Below, one piece after another: positions 10,427 through 19,909 of a stretch of DNA of 55,507 nucleotides. Below the pieces are notes generated by a model. It did no database searches and had not been told where the DNA came from. It saw only the letters and a list, made by a program, of their open reading frames with translations. A program made the position numbers and the translations under genes. Source of the DNA: Sedimenticola sp. (GTDB lineage: Bacteria; Pseudomonadota; Gammaproteobacteria; Chromatiales; Chromatiaceae); assembly GCA_026984055.1 (NCBI GenBank), contig JALSSX010000164.1, forward strand, positions 1-55,507, given 5' to 3'. Position 1 is the first letter of the stretch; the number at the start of each line of letters is the position of its first letter.

Positions 10427-10528
10427 TGAGGGCATCTCGAAAAATCGCGATGCCCGGGTGGGATAGAGATGTCCCACCCTTTTCGATCACGATAAGGGAT
10501 GGAAAATGTGAACCAAAGAGGAGATCGC
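10427..10528 (-). mobile_element. family-C element, truncated copy
   Basis: Starts with TGAGGGCATCTC and the terminal hairpin. Aligns to the reverse complement of 33060..33159 and diverges after ..GATCGCC. Confidence 0.7.
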
Positions 10529-10599
10529 CTTGAGGATTCCGGATTTAATGTTGTTTTAAGCTTTATCGGGTAACCTCTCAGGCTTTTTAGAGGTTTTCC

Positions 10600-13011
10600 A
10601 TGCTTCGAGTCGTTGCTTCCTTGACTTTGCTGCTGATGTCTTGGCAAGCCGTGGGCGCGGAAGTCTCGCGTCTGGCCAAGATCGAGGATCTGTTGGATTG
10701 GGCCGAGAGAAATTTTACCGCATTCTTTCCCTCGCATCAGACGACTGCCCAGTTCGATTCATGGAATTTTCGCTATTATCCAGAAACGGACAACTATGTT
10801 GGTGTCAATACCATTGGCGATGCTTACGTACTGGGTCCGGTATTCGGCGGGTTGGCCAGGATCGACACCCTGGAGTCCTTGTTGGGCCAGGCCGGCCTGA
10901 ATACTGGTATCGCGCCGGGAGGCGGCTACACGGTGCTCGCGGCAAACGACCTGGGCATGCATTGCGCCGATCGGGATTTCCGCATATTCAGCATCCTACC
11001 TCCGTACAACGTCGTGCATGCCCAGGTGGTGGAAAAAGGCGCTTTCCCGCGCTTGCTCACGCCGGCGGATGGAATCAGCCTGGAATATCAGGCGGTGGCC
11101 TCGAATATCGTCGATTCGCGGGAGGGTTTCCCGCCCATCGCCACGGATTCCATTACCACGAGCAGCCGCAATGGCAGTATTCGGGATACCTACTATAAGA
11201 GCAATTTCTGGGATGTCGCCCCGTCTGGAAGCGTGATCGGGTCGCTGGCGTATCGCGCGTTGTATCCGGCTGGCGTGTTGGACAGTTTCGATTTGCCGCC
11301 GGACGTGGGATTGCCCGCGCCTGACGTGGCGCAGCTGTATTTGGGTTCGGGACGGCTTGAAGCGGTGCAGTCAGCCATGCCTGGACAGACGGCGAGCGTG
11401 GCGAACCCTTATGCCTCCAACGAGGCCAAGCCGTTTCATGCCTACATCGACGCATTTCCGTTCTTCAAGAATTTTCCGTTTGGCTATACGGTGAACAATT
11501 TCCGCCGCTTCACCGCGGAAGGTATCCCGGTCTCGGATGTGGATGACTTGGGTCGTGGCAATCCTTATCCGCTCTTGCGTGTCAAAGCCAAGAACAGTCA
11601 GGGCCAGGTCATCGGCAGGGTCGATGCGGTGACGCCGGTATCATCGGAGGCGGATTGCCAGGTTTGCCATGCAAGCCAGGCGGTATGTGATCTGGATGCC
11701 TTGAATGGCCTTGCTTGTGACGATATCGCCAACGCGAAGTATCCCCAGGTGAATTTTATCGAGGATGCGAGCCGGGTCGTTGGCGCCGATAATGCGCGGA
11801 AGGTCGTTAATGCCTCGAAGATCAACATCTTGCGCTTGCATGACTTCAAACATGGTACCCGGCTTGCTCCGGCGAATGACGATGGCACGAACCGCGATGG
11901 TTCCACGCCGAATGTTGTGTGCGCCATCTGCCACTATTCTCCGGCTCTCGATCTGGCTCATGTGGGGCCGTCGGACGACAATGGCAGGCAGCAGACCCGG
12001 CATGTCAGCATGTCCGCCGCGATGCACGGTTTTCATGGCGCCTTGCCCGCCAAGGATCCCGAGAACTACGGACATCTGTTTCCGATCATGCCGCCACCGG
12101 ATGTGCGCGATCCGTCCACGGTGGAAGGCTTGCTGTACGACAGTTGCTATAATTGCCATCCGGGCCGAAAGGCCAAATGCCTGAGAGGCGCCATGGGCGG
12201 TGCGGGCGTCGTTTGCCAAGACTGCCATGGCCAGATGACGCAGATCGGGAACGATTTCAGTCGGAAATTTCCATTGGTTGCTGGCGAGGCCGATTTTAGC
12301 AAACGCGTGCCTTGGGCGTCCGAGCCGAACTGCCAGTCTTGCCATGTCGGTGACGAGCTTCAGGTCGACGGACTGATTCGCTCGGGCCGCCTCCAGAATG
12401 CGTTGTTCAATGCGCGAGACCGGCAAGGCAATCCGGATGGCTTGCGCTTGAAGTTGTCCTATCCCTTGAGCGAGCACACTGGCAATGGTGGTGATGATCA
12501 GTTGGACTTGTTCGATTTCTCCGCCTCGCGCTTCGCGAGTAATGAGAAGCTCTATCGCTTGAGTGGCGGTGGCAACGCGCAAGGCAAGGGCCATGGGGGC
12601 TTGAGTTGTGAAAACTGTCATGGCAGCGCCCATGCGATCTGGCCGAACAAGAACAGCTTCTCCAACGATAATAGAGCCGCGCGGGATATCCAGGGACACG
12701 ACGGCCTTGTCATGGAATGCGATGCCTGTCACGCGGGGGATCTGGGCGATACCATGAGCGGTCCGCATGGCATGCATCCGGTTGGCGACACCCGTTTTGC
12801 GAATGGCGGGCATGAGCGCTTCGCCGAAAGCAATCTGGATTCCTGTCGAACCTGCCACGGCAAGGCTCTTCGCGGCAGCGTGTTGTCTAGGGCGGCCATC
12901 GATAGAACGATTTATGGCGGCAGGGTCCGGCTACGCAAGGGCGAACCGATCAGTTGCGCCCTGTGCCATGGTGAATCCTTGAATTTCGACGGAGACGGCG
13001 ATGGTGATTAA
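10600..13011 (+). CDS. secreted multiheme c-type cytochrome (nine CxxCH motifs)
   Basis: 803 aa. Signal peptide MLRVVASLTLLLMSWQAVGA. Heme-free N-terminal region of about 350 aa, then 9 CxxCH motifs between residues 353 and 790 (first at nt 11656..11670, last at 12955..12969). Acidic GDGDGD tail. Confidence 0.85.
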   Translation: MLRVVASLTLLLMSWQAVGAEVSRLAKIEDLLDWAERNFTAFFPSHQTTAQFDSWNFRYYPETDNYVGVNTIGDAYVLGPVFGGLARIDTLESLLGQAGLNTGIAPGGGYTVLAANDLGMHCADRDFRIFSILPPYNVVHAQVVEKGAFPRLLTPADGISLEYQAVASNIVDSREGFPPIATDSITTSSRNGSIRDTYYKSNFWDVAPSGSVIGSLAYRALYPAGVLDSFDLPPDVGLPAPDVAQLYLGSGRLEAVQSAMPGQTASVANPYASNEAKPFHAYIDAFPFFKNFPFGYTVNNFRRFTAEGIPVSDVDDLGRGNPYPLLRVKAKNSQGQVIGRVDAVTPVSSEADCQVCHASQAVCDLDALNGLACDDIANAKYPQVNFIEDASRVVGADNARKVVNASKINILRLHDFKHGTRLAPANDDGTNRDGSTPNVVCAICHYSPALDLAHVGPSDDNGRQQTRHVSMSAAMHGFHGALPAKDPENYGHLFPIMPPPDVRDPSTVEGLLYDSCYNCHPGRKAKCLRGAMGGAGVVCQDCHGQMTQIGNDFSRKFPLVAGEADFSKRVPWASEPNCQSCHVGDELQVDGLIRSGRLQNALFNARDRQGNPDGLRLKLSYPLSEHTGNGGDDQLDLFDFSASRFASNEKLYRLSGGGNAQGKGHGGLSCENCHGSAHAIWPNKNSFSNDNRAARDIQGHDGLVMECDACHAGDLGDTMSGPHGMHPVGDTRFANGGHERFAESNLDSCRTCHGKALRGSVLSRAAIDRTIYGGRVRLRKGEPISCALCHGESLNFDGDGDGD

Positions 13012-13031
13012 TGCGCTGAAAGCACGTTTTT

Positions 13032-14348
13032 TCAACCGTCGGTCAGCCGCGCGGTCTCGATGCGCCCGCTGCGTCGCTTTCGGGCTTCGGTCGGGTCGTC
13101 GGTTTCGGAACTGGTGATGTACAGGGTGCGGCCATCCTCGCCGCCGAGCATGCAGGCGTAGGGGCGGCCAACGCTGTCCACGCGGCGCAATATGCCGCCG
13201 CCCGCCGTGACATTCAGCACTTGGTGGATGTTTGGCGCGGCGATCCACAGGCTGCCGTCTCCGGCCAGGCACAATCCATCCGGGCAGGCGCCGTCGAGAT
13301 CGGCCCAGACGCGGCGCTGGCTGAGTTGGCCATTGGTTTCGATGGCAAGGGCGCTGACACGGGTAGCGAAGGTTTCAGCCACTAGCAGGGTTGTGCCGTC
13401 GGGGGTGATTGCCATGCCGTTCGGGAAGACGACATCGCGCGCGGCGATGCGCGGCGGGCCGTCGGGGGGTATCAGAATGATTTCGGCAGGTTCGATGGCT
13501 TCGCCGCCGTGCAGGTCGTAGCCGAAGTTACCGACCCAGGCACGGCCTTGCTCGTCGACCAGCATGTCGTTGCAGTGGAAGCTGGCGAGATGGGAGAGAT
13601 CGGCATGTTCCTTCAGCCGGCCGCCGCGGATGCGGCATACCCGGCGTTGAGTCATCAACACGACCAGCGGCGTGCCGTCCGGCAGCCAGCCGAGACCGCC
13701 GGGTAGGTCCGGGATTTCCATGACGGTGCGCAATGTGCCGTCGGGATGCAGGCGCATCACGCGTCGCGCGTGTTGGTCGGTGAACCAGAGTTCGCCCGCG
13801 TGCCAGCGTGGCGCCTCGGGAAACATCAGGCCGTCGGCCAGTATCTGAGTGAATAGCGGTTGCTTCAGCGCCATGCCGTCGGTAATTTCCTCGGCAATCG
13901 CCATCGGGGATTGATCGACATTGACGACCAATCCGTGGAAACAGGGCTCCAGATCGGCAAACTGGCTGCGCAACAGTTCGGCTGGCATGAAGTGGTTGTT
14001 GCGCTGTTCCAGACGTCGCCGAATCAGTTCGTAGTCACCTTGCAGATGGACGAATTTTACGTTGGCATCGTCTGGGCTGAGACGCCGGCGATAGACTTGC
14101 TTCAGCGCCGAGCACGCGAGCACGGCGGATTGGCCAGCGGCGATGCGCTGCCGCAGTTCTGCTTTCAGGCTGTCCAGCCACGGCCAGCGATCGTCGTCGT
14201 TCAATGGCGTGCCACTGGCCATCTTGGCGATATTCTCCGGCGGATGGAAATCGTCGGCATCCAGAAACGGCCAGCCGAGGCGCTGGCTCAACAGCTTGCC
14301 GATGGTGCTCTTGCCGGTGCCGGAAACGCCGATCAGGACGATGATCAT
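13032..14348 (-). CDS. fusion protein: gluconokinase (N-terminal) + SMP-30/gluconolactonase/LRE-like beta-propeller (C-terminal)
   Basis: 438 aa. The N-terminal ~165 aa have P-loop GVSGTGKST and the GntK-type DADDFHP..N..KM motif. The remainder resembles the SMP-30/gluconolactonase family (FPEAPRW, NDM..D..G, PNG.A..PDG). ATGA overlap with the upstream gene. Confidence 0.8.
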   Translation of the reverse strand: MIIVLIGVSGTGKSTIGKLLSQRLGWPFLDADDFHPPENIAKMASGTPLNDDDRWPWLDSLKAELRQRIAAGQSAVLACSALKQVYRRRLSPDDANVKFVHLQGDYELIRRRLEQRNNHFMPAELLRSQFADLEPCFHGLVVNVDQSPMAIAEEITDGMALKQPLFTQILADGLMFPEAPRWHAGELWFTDQHARRVMRLHPDGTLRTVMEIPDLPGGLGWLPDGTPLVVLMTQRRVCRIRGGRLKEHADLSHLASFHCNDMLVDEQGRAWVGNFGYDLHGGEAIEPAEIILIPPDGPPRIAARDVVFPNGMAITPDGTTLLVAETFATRVSALAIETNGQLSQRRVWADLDGACPDGLCLAGDGSLWIAAPNIHQVLNVTAGGGILRRVDSVGRPYACMLGGEDGRTLYITSSETDDPTEARKRRSGRIETARLTDG

Positions 14349-17002
14349 CGAGCGGCCCCCGTGCCACGCACCGGAATATCGCGCTGGTATTGGCGCATCA
14401 CCAGGTTGGCGAGCAGGCCGGTCCAGCCGGTTTGATGGGCGGCTCCCAGTCCTTTGCCGGTTTCGGCATGAAAGTATTCGTAGAAGTTGTATAACGGCCG
14501 CGCAGGGTCTCCGGCTGGCATGTCGCCGCGCATCGCGGGAATGTTACCAGCGTCGTCGCGTCGATAGAGACCGACCAGCTTGTCGGCAATCATGGTCGCG
14601 ATCTGGCGCATGTTCAGCGCTTGGCCGTCGAGTTGCGGCACCGGCGCGGTGAAGCCGTCGCCGAGAAACCGGTGATATTTCTCCAACGCCTGGATCAGTG
14701 CATAGTTGGTCGGCATCCAGATTGGCCCGCGCCAGTTGGAGTTGCCACCGAACAGCCCGGAGTTGGACTCTCCCGGCACGTATTCGATATGCGCCTCGCC
14801 GAGGCCGGGGATATAGCCGAGATCGCGATGACGCTGGTGGATCTTGCTGACGCTGCGGATGCCATGGGGCGAGAAGAATTCCTCGTCGTCCAGCAAGCGT
14901 TCGAGGATGCGTGGCAGTTGCGAGTGATCGACCAGCGCGAGCAGGTGTTCGCCGCGATCGTTCTCCCATTCTGGACAGGCGCAGATATAGTTGCCGCGAA
15001 ACAGGCCGCCCTTGTGTTCGCGCAGCAAGGCGCGGAAGCGCGGCGCTGATTTCAGCAGCCGTTGGTCGATGACCTCGCAGGCGAACAGCGGGATCAGCCC
15101 GACCCAGGAATAGACATCGATGCGATGCGTGTCACCCTGAGGCGTGATCAGCAGATCCTTGAAGAAACCGGCGTCAAAGTCCCACAGTGAAACACCGCTA
15201 TCGTCACTGCCGGCAATGGTGTTGGCGATGGCGAGAAACTGTTGGTAGCACTGGATGGCAATGTCCTCGTATTCTGGCTGGCGGCGGTTGATCTCCAGCG
15301 CCATCACGGTCATGTTGGCCGAGAACATCGCCATCCAGCCGGTGGCATCCGCCTGTTTCAGGGTATAGCCTGCCGGCAGATCGCGCGAGCGGTCGTATAC
15401 CGAGATATTGTCCAGCCCGAGGAAGCCGCCCTCGAACAGATTGTTGCCAGCGTGGTCCTTGCGGTTGATCCACCACGAGAAGTTCAGCAGCAGCTTGTGG
15501 AACACGCGTTGCAGATAGCCGATGTCGCCCTCGCTGCGTTGCATCTGTTCGGCGCGAAACACCTTCAGCGCGCCCCAGGCATGCACGGGTGGATTGGTGT
15601 CGCCGAAGGCCCATTCATAGGCCGGGATCTGGCCGTTCGGGTGCAGATAACGCTCGTTCACCATTAGCTCGATCTGTGCCTTGGCGAAATCCAGGTCGAT
15701 ATGTGCCAGGGTGGCGGCCTGAAAGGCGAGATCCCATGCGGCGAACCAGGGATACTCCCAGCAGTCTGGCATCGAGATGATGTCGTTGGCCTTCAGGTGC
15801 TTCCATTGTGCGTTACGCCCGTGGCGGCGCGTCGCCGGTGGTGGGATCTGGTCGCCTTGCAGCCAGCGCTCCACATCGAAATGGAAGAACTGTTTGCTCC
15901 ATAGCATGCCGGCGAACGCCTGGCGCATGATCGACCTGTCCTCGTCGGAGGCATTCGGCAGCAGTTTCGCGTATATCCGGTCGGCCTCGTCTCGACGTTG
16001 CTGGAACAAGGTATCGTTGTCGTTGAATGGGTTGACCAGCTTGTGCTCGCTCAATACCAGTTCGATACGTCGTGTCTCGCCGGCGTTGGCGGTGAGCCGA
16101 TAGACGGCGGCGAACTTGCTGCCGCGATGCGCCGGGTTTACCGCCTGTCGCTCGCCGTCGATCAGATAGCGATGGAAAGCGTCCTTGACCCATGGCGACG
16201 GGTTGGGCGTGTTCCACAGGCGCTCGGCGTTGGATTCGTTCTCGGTGAACAGCAGTTCGGCGTCGCCCCGGCCATGCAGATGCATCGGTTGCAGGCTGTG
16301 ATGGTGACTGGTGACACGCCATTCGCCGTCCGGGATGTCGGTGTCCGGCGTGATTTCCGCGCGCTCGACTGGCTCGCCCCAGGACCAGTCATTGCGGAAC
16401 CATAGCTGCGGCAGCAGCCACAAGTCGGCCGAGTGGTCGCCGCGATTGGTGGCGCTGATGCGCAGGTGGATCTCGCCAGCGGACCGTTTTGCGTATTCCA
16501 TGCGCACTTCCCAGAAGCGTTGTTGCCGGAATACTCCGGTGTCTATCAGGTTGTAGGCGGGTTCGACGCGTGAGCGGCGGCGGTTTTCGGCGACCAGTTC
16601 GGCGTAGGGAAAAGCCGCCTGCGGATAGTGGTAGCGGTAGTCCAGGTAGCTGTGGTGCGGCGTCGCGTCGGCATAAAAATAGACTTCTTTGACGTCTTCG
16701 CCATGGTTACCCTGGTTACCGGTGAGGCCAAAGGCGCGTTCCTTCAGGATGGGGTCGCGACCATTCCATAGCGCCAGCGCCAGGCACAGGCGTTGTTCTA
16801 TATCGCTCAGGCCGCCGAGGCCGTCCTCGTTCCAGCGGTAGGCACGTGACCGGGCATGATCGTGCGGGAAATATTCCCAGGCGGTGCCGCCTTCGCTGTA
16901 ATCCTCGCGCACTGTGCCCCAGGCGCGTTCGGCCAGGTAGGGCCCCCAGTATTGCCAGTCGGCATGTGTTTGTTCGTCGTTGTTCGGGCGAGTGTCGTTC
17001 AT
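14345..17002 (-). CDS. GH63-like glucosidase (MGH1-like / glucosyl- or mannosylglycerate hydrolase-related)
   Basis: 885 aa from the ATG at 17002 (MNDTRPNN...). WQYWGPYLAERAWGTVREDYS...YRWNEDGL...LWNGRDP is characteristic of this bacterial GH63-like family. The upstream 128 codons of ORF 14345..17386 overlap the preceding gene and look non-coding. Confidence 0.75.
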   Translation of the reverse strand: MNDTRPNNDEQTHADWQYWGPYLAERAWGTVREDYSEGGTAWEYFPHDHARSRAYRWNEDGLGGLSDIEQRLCLALALWNGRDPILKERAFGLTGNQGNHGEDVKEVYFYADATPHHSYLDYRYHYPQAAFPYAELVAENRRRSRVEPAYNLIDTGVFRQQRFWEVRMEYAKRSAGEIHLRISATNRGDHSADLWLLPQLWFRNDWSWGEPVERAEITPDTDIPDGEWRVTSHHHSLQPMHLHGRGDAELLFTENESNAERLWNTPNPSPWVKDAFHRYLIDGERQAVNPAHRGSKFAAVYRLTANAGETRRIELVLSEHKLVNPFNDNDTLFQQRRDEADRIYAKLLPNASDEDRSIMRQAFAGMLWSKQFFHFDVERWLQGDQIPPPATRRHGRNAQWKHLKANDIISMPDCWEYPWFAAWDLAFQAATLAHIDLDFAKAQIELMVNERYLHPNGQIPAYEWAFGDTNPPVHAWGALKVFRAEQMQRSEGDIGYLQRVFHKLLLNFSWWINRKDHAGNNLFEGGFLGLDNISVYDRSRDLPAGYTLKQADATGWMAMFSANMTVMALEINRRQPEYEDIAIQCYQQFLAIANTIAGSDDSGVSLWDFDAGFFKDLLITPQGDTHRIDVYSWVGLIPLFACEVIDQRLLKSAPRFRALLREHKGGLFRGNYICACPEWENDRGEHLLALVDHSQLPRILERLLDDEEFFSPHGIRSVSKIHQRHRDLGYIPGLGEAHIEYVPGESNSGLFGGNSNWRGPIWMPTNYALIQALEKYHRFLGDGFTAPVPQLDGQALNMRQIATMIADKLVGLYRRDDAGNIPAMRGDMPAGDPARPLYNFYEYFHAETGKGLGAAHQTGWTGLLANLVMRQYQRDIPVRGTGAAR

Positions 17003-17123
17003 GGAGGTTCCAACGGCTGGATGGCGTGGGTTCGATCGGGTTGAAGGGGTGATTATAGTCGCGGTCGCTCGAATGTCGGAATGATGGTATGCATGCCGAA
17101 GTCCCTGGCGGTGTTGCGCGCGG

Positions 17124-19106
17124 TTACGGGGCATGATCATGTCGGATGGTCCGCCAGGCTTCGAGCACCGTCGCGACGGACCATGCCTGCATCGGCGCGC
17201 CGCATGGCGCATGCGGCGCGTCGCCATCGAATATCTCGCTGATACTGCCCAGGCCGGCGTCGAACAGATGGTCGCGCATTGCTTCGAGCAGGGCGAGGGC
17301 GGAGGCTTTGTCGCCATGCAGGCGCCAGTGAGCGATCGCGTAGTGACCGAGCAACCAGCCCCATACCGGGCCATTGTGATAGGCACCGTCGCGCTCGGCG
17401 ATATTGCCCTGATAACGACCGCGATAGGCCGAATCCCGGGGCGACAGGGAGCGGAGGCCGTAAGAGGTCAACAGATGTTCACGCAGTTCTCGCAGCACAC
17501 GCTTGGCGGTTTTGTCGTCGAGCAGCGGATACGGCAGGCTCAGCGCGAACAGTTGATTCGGGCGGATGCTGGCATCGTTGCCATCGGGGGCGTCGAGTAC
17601 ATCGTACAGGCCGCCAGCGGAACGCCGGTAGCGGGCAAAGCCGAGGCGCGCGCGTTCGGCCAGATTGGCGTAGGCGCCGCCATCCTGTCCGAGGCGTTCG
17701 CTGAACAGGTGCATCGCGCGCAGGGCGTTGAACCATAGGGCATTGATCTCCACCGGCTTGCCGCTACGCGGGGTTACGGCGCGTCCGTTTACGCGCGCGT
17801 CCATCCAGGTGAGTTGGGTGTCGGCATCGCCGATGTGCAGCAGGCCGTGGTGCTCGTCGAGGTGGATTCGGTATCGCGTGCCGCGACGATAGGCCTCGAC
17901 AATGGCTTCGAGCACCGGGAAGACCTGGCGCAGATGCTTGCATTTCCCGCCGGCCCGCAGCCAGGCATGCCACGCGAGAATGAACCACAGCGAGGCATCG
18001 ACGCTGTTGTATTCGGGCCGGATTTCCTCGCCGCCTGTTTCGGGGAAGCGGTTTGGGATCATGCCTTGGTCGACATAGCCGGCCCAGGATACGAGGATTT
18101 TTCGCGCCAACCGCCGATTCCCGGTGGCGAGTGTCAGGCCGGGCAGCGCGATCATGGTGTCGCGACCCCAGTCGCCGAACCACGGGTAGCCGGCGATGAT
18201 CGATGTGTCGCGCGAGTGGTTCTTTCGCCGTCGGTCGAACAGAAACCGCCCGGCATTGGCGATTAGTGCGTCTATCCATGCCGGCGCGGGGCCATCCGCC
18301 GTGGCGGGCGATATGGATGCGTGGGATCGCTCGCGCTTCAGCGCTGCCGTTGGATCGGTCTCGGGGAGGGCGCTCAGGCCGGCGCGCAGGCCGTGCCAGT
18401 CGTTATCGTCCAGCGTCAGATGGGCGTGGCCGATCGCGAGATGGTTGTCCCAATCCGCCAGGCCACGCCCGCGTTCGACCGGCAACAGGAAATTCTCCAC
18501 CCAGGTGTATTCGGTTTCCAGCTCGCCGCTGTCGAACTGAAGATGCAGCCGGGTCGATTCATCGTAGTCGACGCGTATCGTTCGTTCGTCCCGTGTGCGA
18601 ACCTCGGGCGTGATCGAGCCGCTGGCGGTTTGCCCATGGTGATCGCGTTGATCGATCAGCAGACGGAGGTCGAGCCGGAGCGGACGGGCATCCTGGCCGC
18701 CGAGTCGCCGAAAGATCAGCCATGTCGCGTGCTCGCCTTGTTCCATGAAGATGCGTTGTTCGATGCGCGCGCCGGCGATCGCATACACCCACACCGGCAG
18801 CAGGCCATCCAGGCGGAAGGATTCGATATGCACATGCCCGCGCGGCTGGATGTCGCCGGACTGCCAATGGTTGCAGCCCAGCGGGTAGGCCCGGCCATCG
18901 ACGCTGAGCGTCGCCTCGGCCTTCGCCAGCAACAGTTGGCGATCCAGCGCGCCACGCGGGGAGGCGATCAACAGACCGTGATAGCGTCGCGTCAGCGAGC
19001 CGGCGATGGTGCCGGCGGCATAGCCGCCCAGGCCGTTCGACAGCCACCACTCGCGGCGTTCGGCCTGTGCCAGATCGCCACAGATCGCCCGACCGAAGCG
19101 GATCAA
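17124..19106 (-). CDS. amylo-alpha-1,6-glucosidase / glycogen debranching enzyme-like protein (GDE_C, GH133-type)
   Basis: 660 aa. REWWLSNGLGGYAAGTIAG..TRRYHGLL N-terminus and an (alpha/alpha)6 C-terminal region. TTG start overlaps the stop of the upstream SDR gene (TTGA). Confidence 0.75.
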   Translation of the reverse strand: MIRFGRAICGDLAQAERREWWLSNGLGGYAAGTIAGSLTRRYHGLLIASPRGALDRQLLLAKAEATLSVDGRAYPLGCNHWQSGDIQPRGHVHIESFRLDGLLPVWVYAIAGARIEQRIFMEQGEHATWLIFRRLGGQDARPLRLDLRLLIDQRDHHGQTASGSITPEVRTRDERTIRVDYDESTRLHLQFDSGELETEYTWVENFLLPVERGRGLADWDNHLAIGHAHLTLDDNDWHGLRAGLSALPETDPTAALKRERSHASISPATADGPAPAWIDALIANAGRFLFDRRRKNHSRDTSIIAGYPWFGDWGRDTMIALPGLTLATGNRRLARKILVSWAGYVDQGMIPNRFPETGGEEIRPEYNSVDASLWFILAWHAWLRAGGKCKHLRQVFPVLEAIVEAYRRGTRYRIHLDEHHGLLHIGDADTQLTWMDARVNGRAVTPRSGKPVEINALWFNALRAMHLFSERLGQDGGAYANLAERARLGFARYRRSAGGLYDVLDAPDGNDASIRPNQLFALSLPYPLLDDKTAKRVLRELREHLLTSYGLRSLSPRDSAYRGRYQGNIAERDGAYHNGPVWGWLLGHYAIAHWRLHGDKASALALLEAMRDHLFDAGLGSISEIFDGDAPHAPCGAPMQAWSVATVLEAWRTIRHDHAP

Positions 19107-19909
19107 CCGCCTTCCCGGAATCCGGGGTACAGCGTCATGCCGCCGTCCACGAACAGGCTGGTGCCGGTGACATAGTCGGAATCGTCGGACGCCAGCCAGA
19201 CCGCCGCCTTGGCGATATCCTCTGGCGCGCCGACACGGTGATAGGGGATCAGCTTCAGCAATTCCGTCTTGGCCTCCGGCGTGTCCCAGGCGTCGGTGTT
19301 GATCGGCGTCGCGATCGCACCCGGCGAGATACTGTTCACGCGGATCTTCTTCTCCGCCATCTCCTGAGCGATGCTCTGCATCATCAGATTCACGCCGCCT
19401 TTTGATGCCGCATAGTTCACGTGCCCGGCCCAGGGAATCACCTCATGCACCGATGACATGCAGATGATCTTGCCGGCCGAGCAGGACAATTCCGGCATGA
19501 CCCCACGCCGGACGAATTCGCGCGCCGCCTCGCGGGCGCACAGGAACTGGCCCGTCAGGTTCACATCGATGACGAACTGCCATTCCTTTAAGGTCATTTC
19601 GGTGAAATCGGCATCGCGTTGCACGCCGGCGTTGGCGACCAGGATATCGATGCTGCCCCAGGTCTCGATCATCTCGGCGAACATCGCCTGTACCTGATCC
19701 TCCTTGCTGACATCGGCGCGTATCGCCATGGCATCGCTGCCGCTCGCCTTGATTTCATCGACCACTGCGTTGGCGCGTTCCTCGCTGCTGATATAGTTCA
19801 CCACCACCTTTGCACCAGCCTTGCCGAGCGCGATGGCGACTCCCTTGCCGATACCGGAATTCGCGCCGGTGACCAGCGCGCGTTGACCTCTCAGAACGTC
19901 TTTCGACAT
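19103..19909 (-). CDS. SDR-family glucose 1-dehydrogenase-like oxidoreductase
   Basis: 268 aa from the ATG at 19909 (GGAGAG RBS). TGANSGIGKG, NAG, SSVHE.IPW...YAASKGG and C-terminal DGGMTLYPGF closely parallel Bacillus-type glucose 1-dehydrogenase. Confidence 0.8.
   Translation of the reverse strand: MSKDVLRGQRALVTGANSGIGKGVAIALGKAGAKVVVNYISSEERANAVVDEIKASGSDAMAIRADVSKEDQVQAMFAEMIETWGSIDILVANAGVQRDADFTEMTLKEWQFVIDVNLTGQFLCAREAAREFVRRGVMPELSCSAGKIICMSSVHEVIPWAGHVNYAASKGGVNLMMQSIAQEMAEKKIRVNSISPGAIATPINTDAWDTPEAKTELLKLIPYHRVGAPEDIAKAAVWLASDDSDYVTGTSLFVDGGMTLYPGFREGG

Noticed and set aside
17003-17386. N-terminal extensions of several track ORFs: 14345..17386, 29814..32210, 22060..23109, 20179..21552, 24149..24904, 27065..28195, 42602..43630 and 50617..52050.
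   Set aside because: The extensions overlap upstream genes or repeats, have atypical composition and precede internal ATGs. Those internal ATGs have RBSs or stop-start coupling and match the family N-termini. The shorter starts were used.
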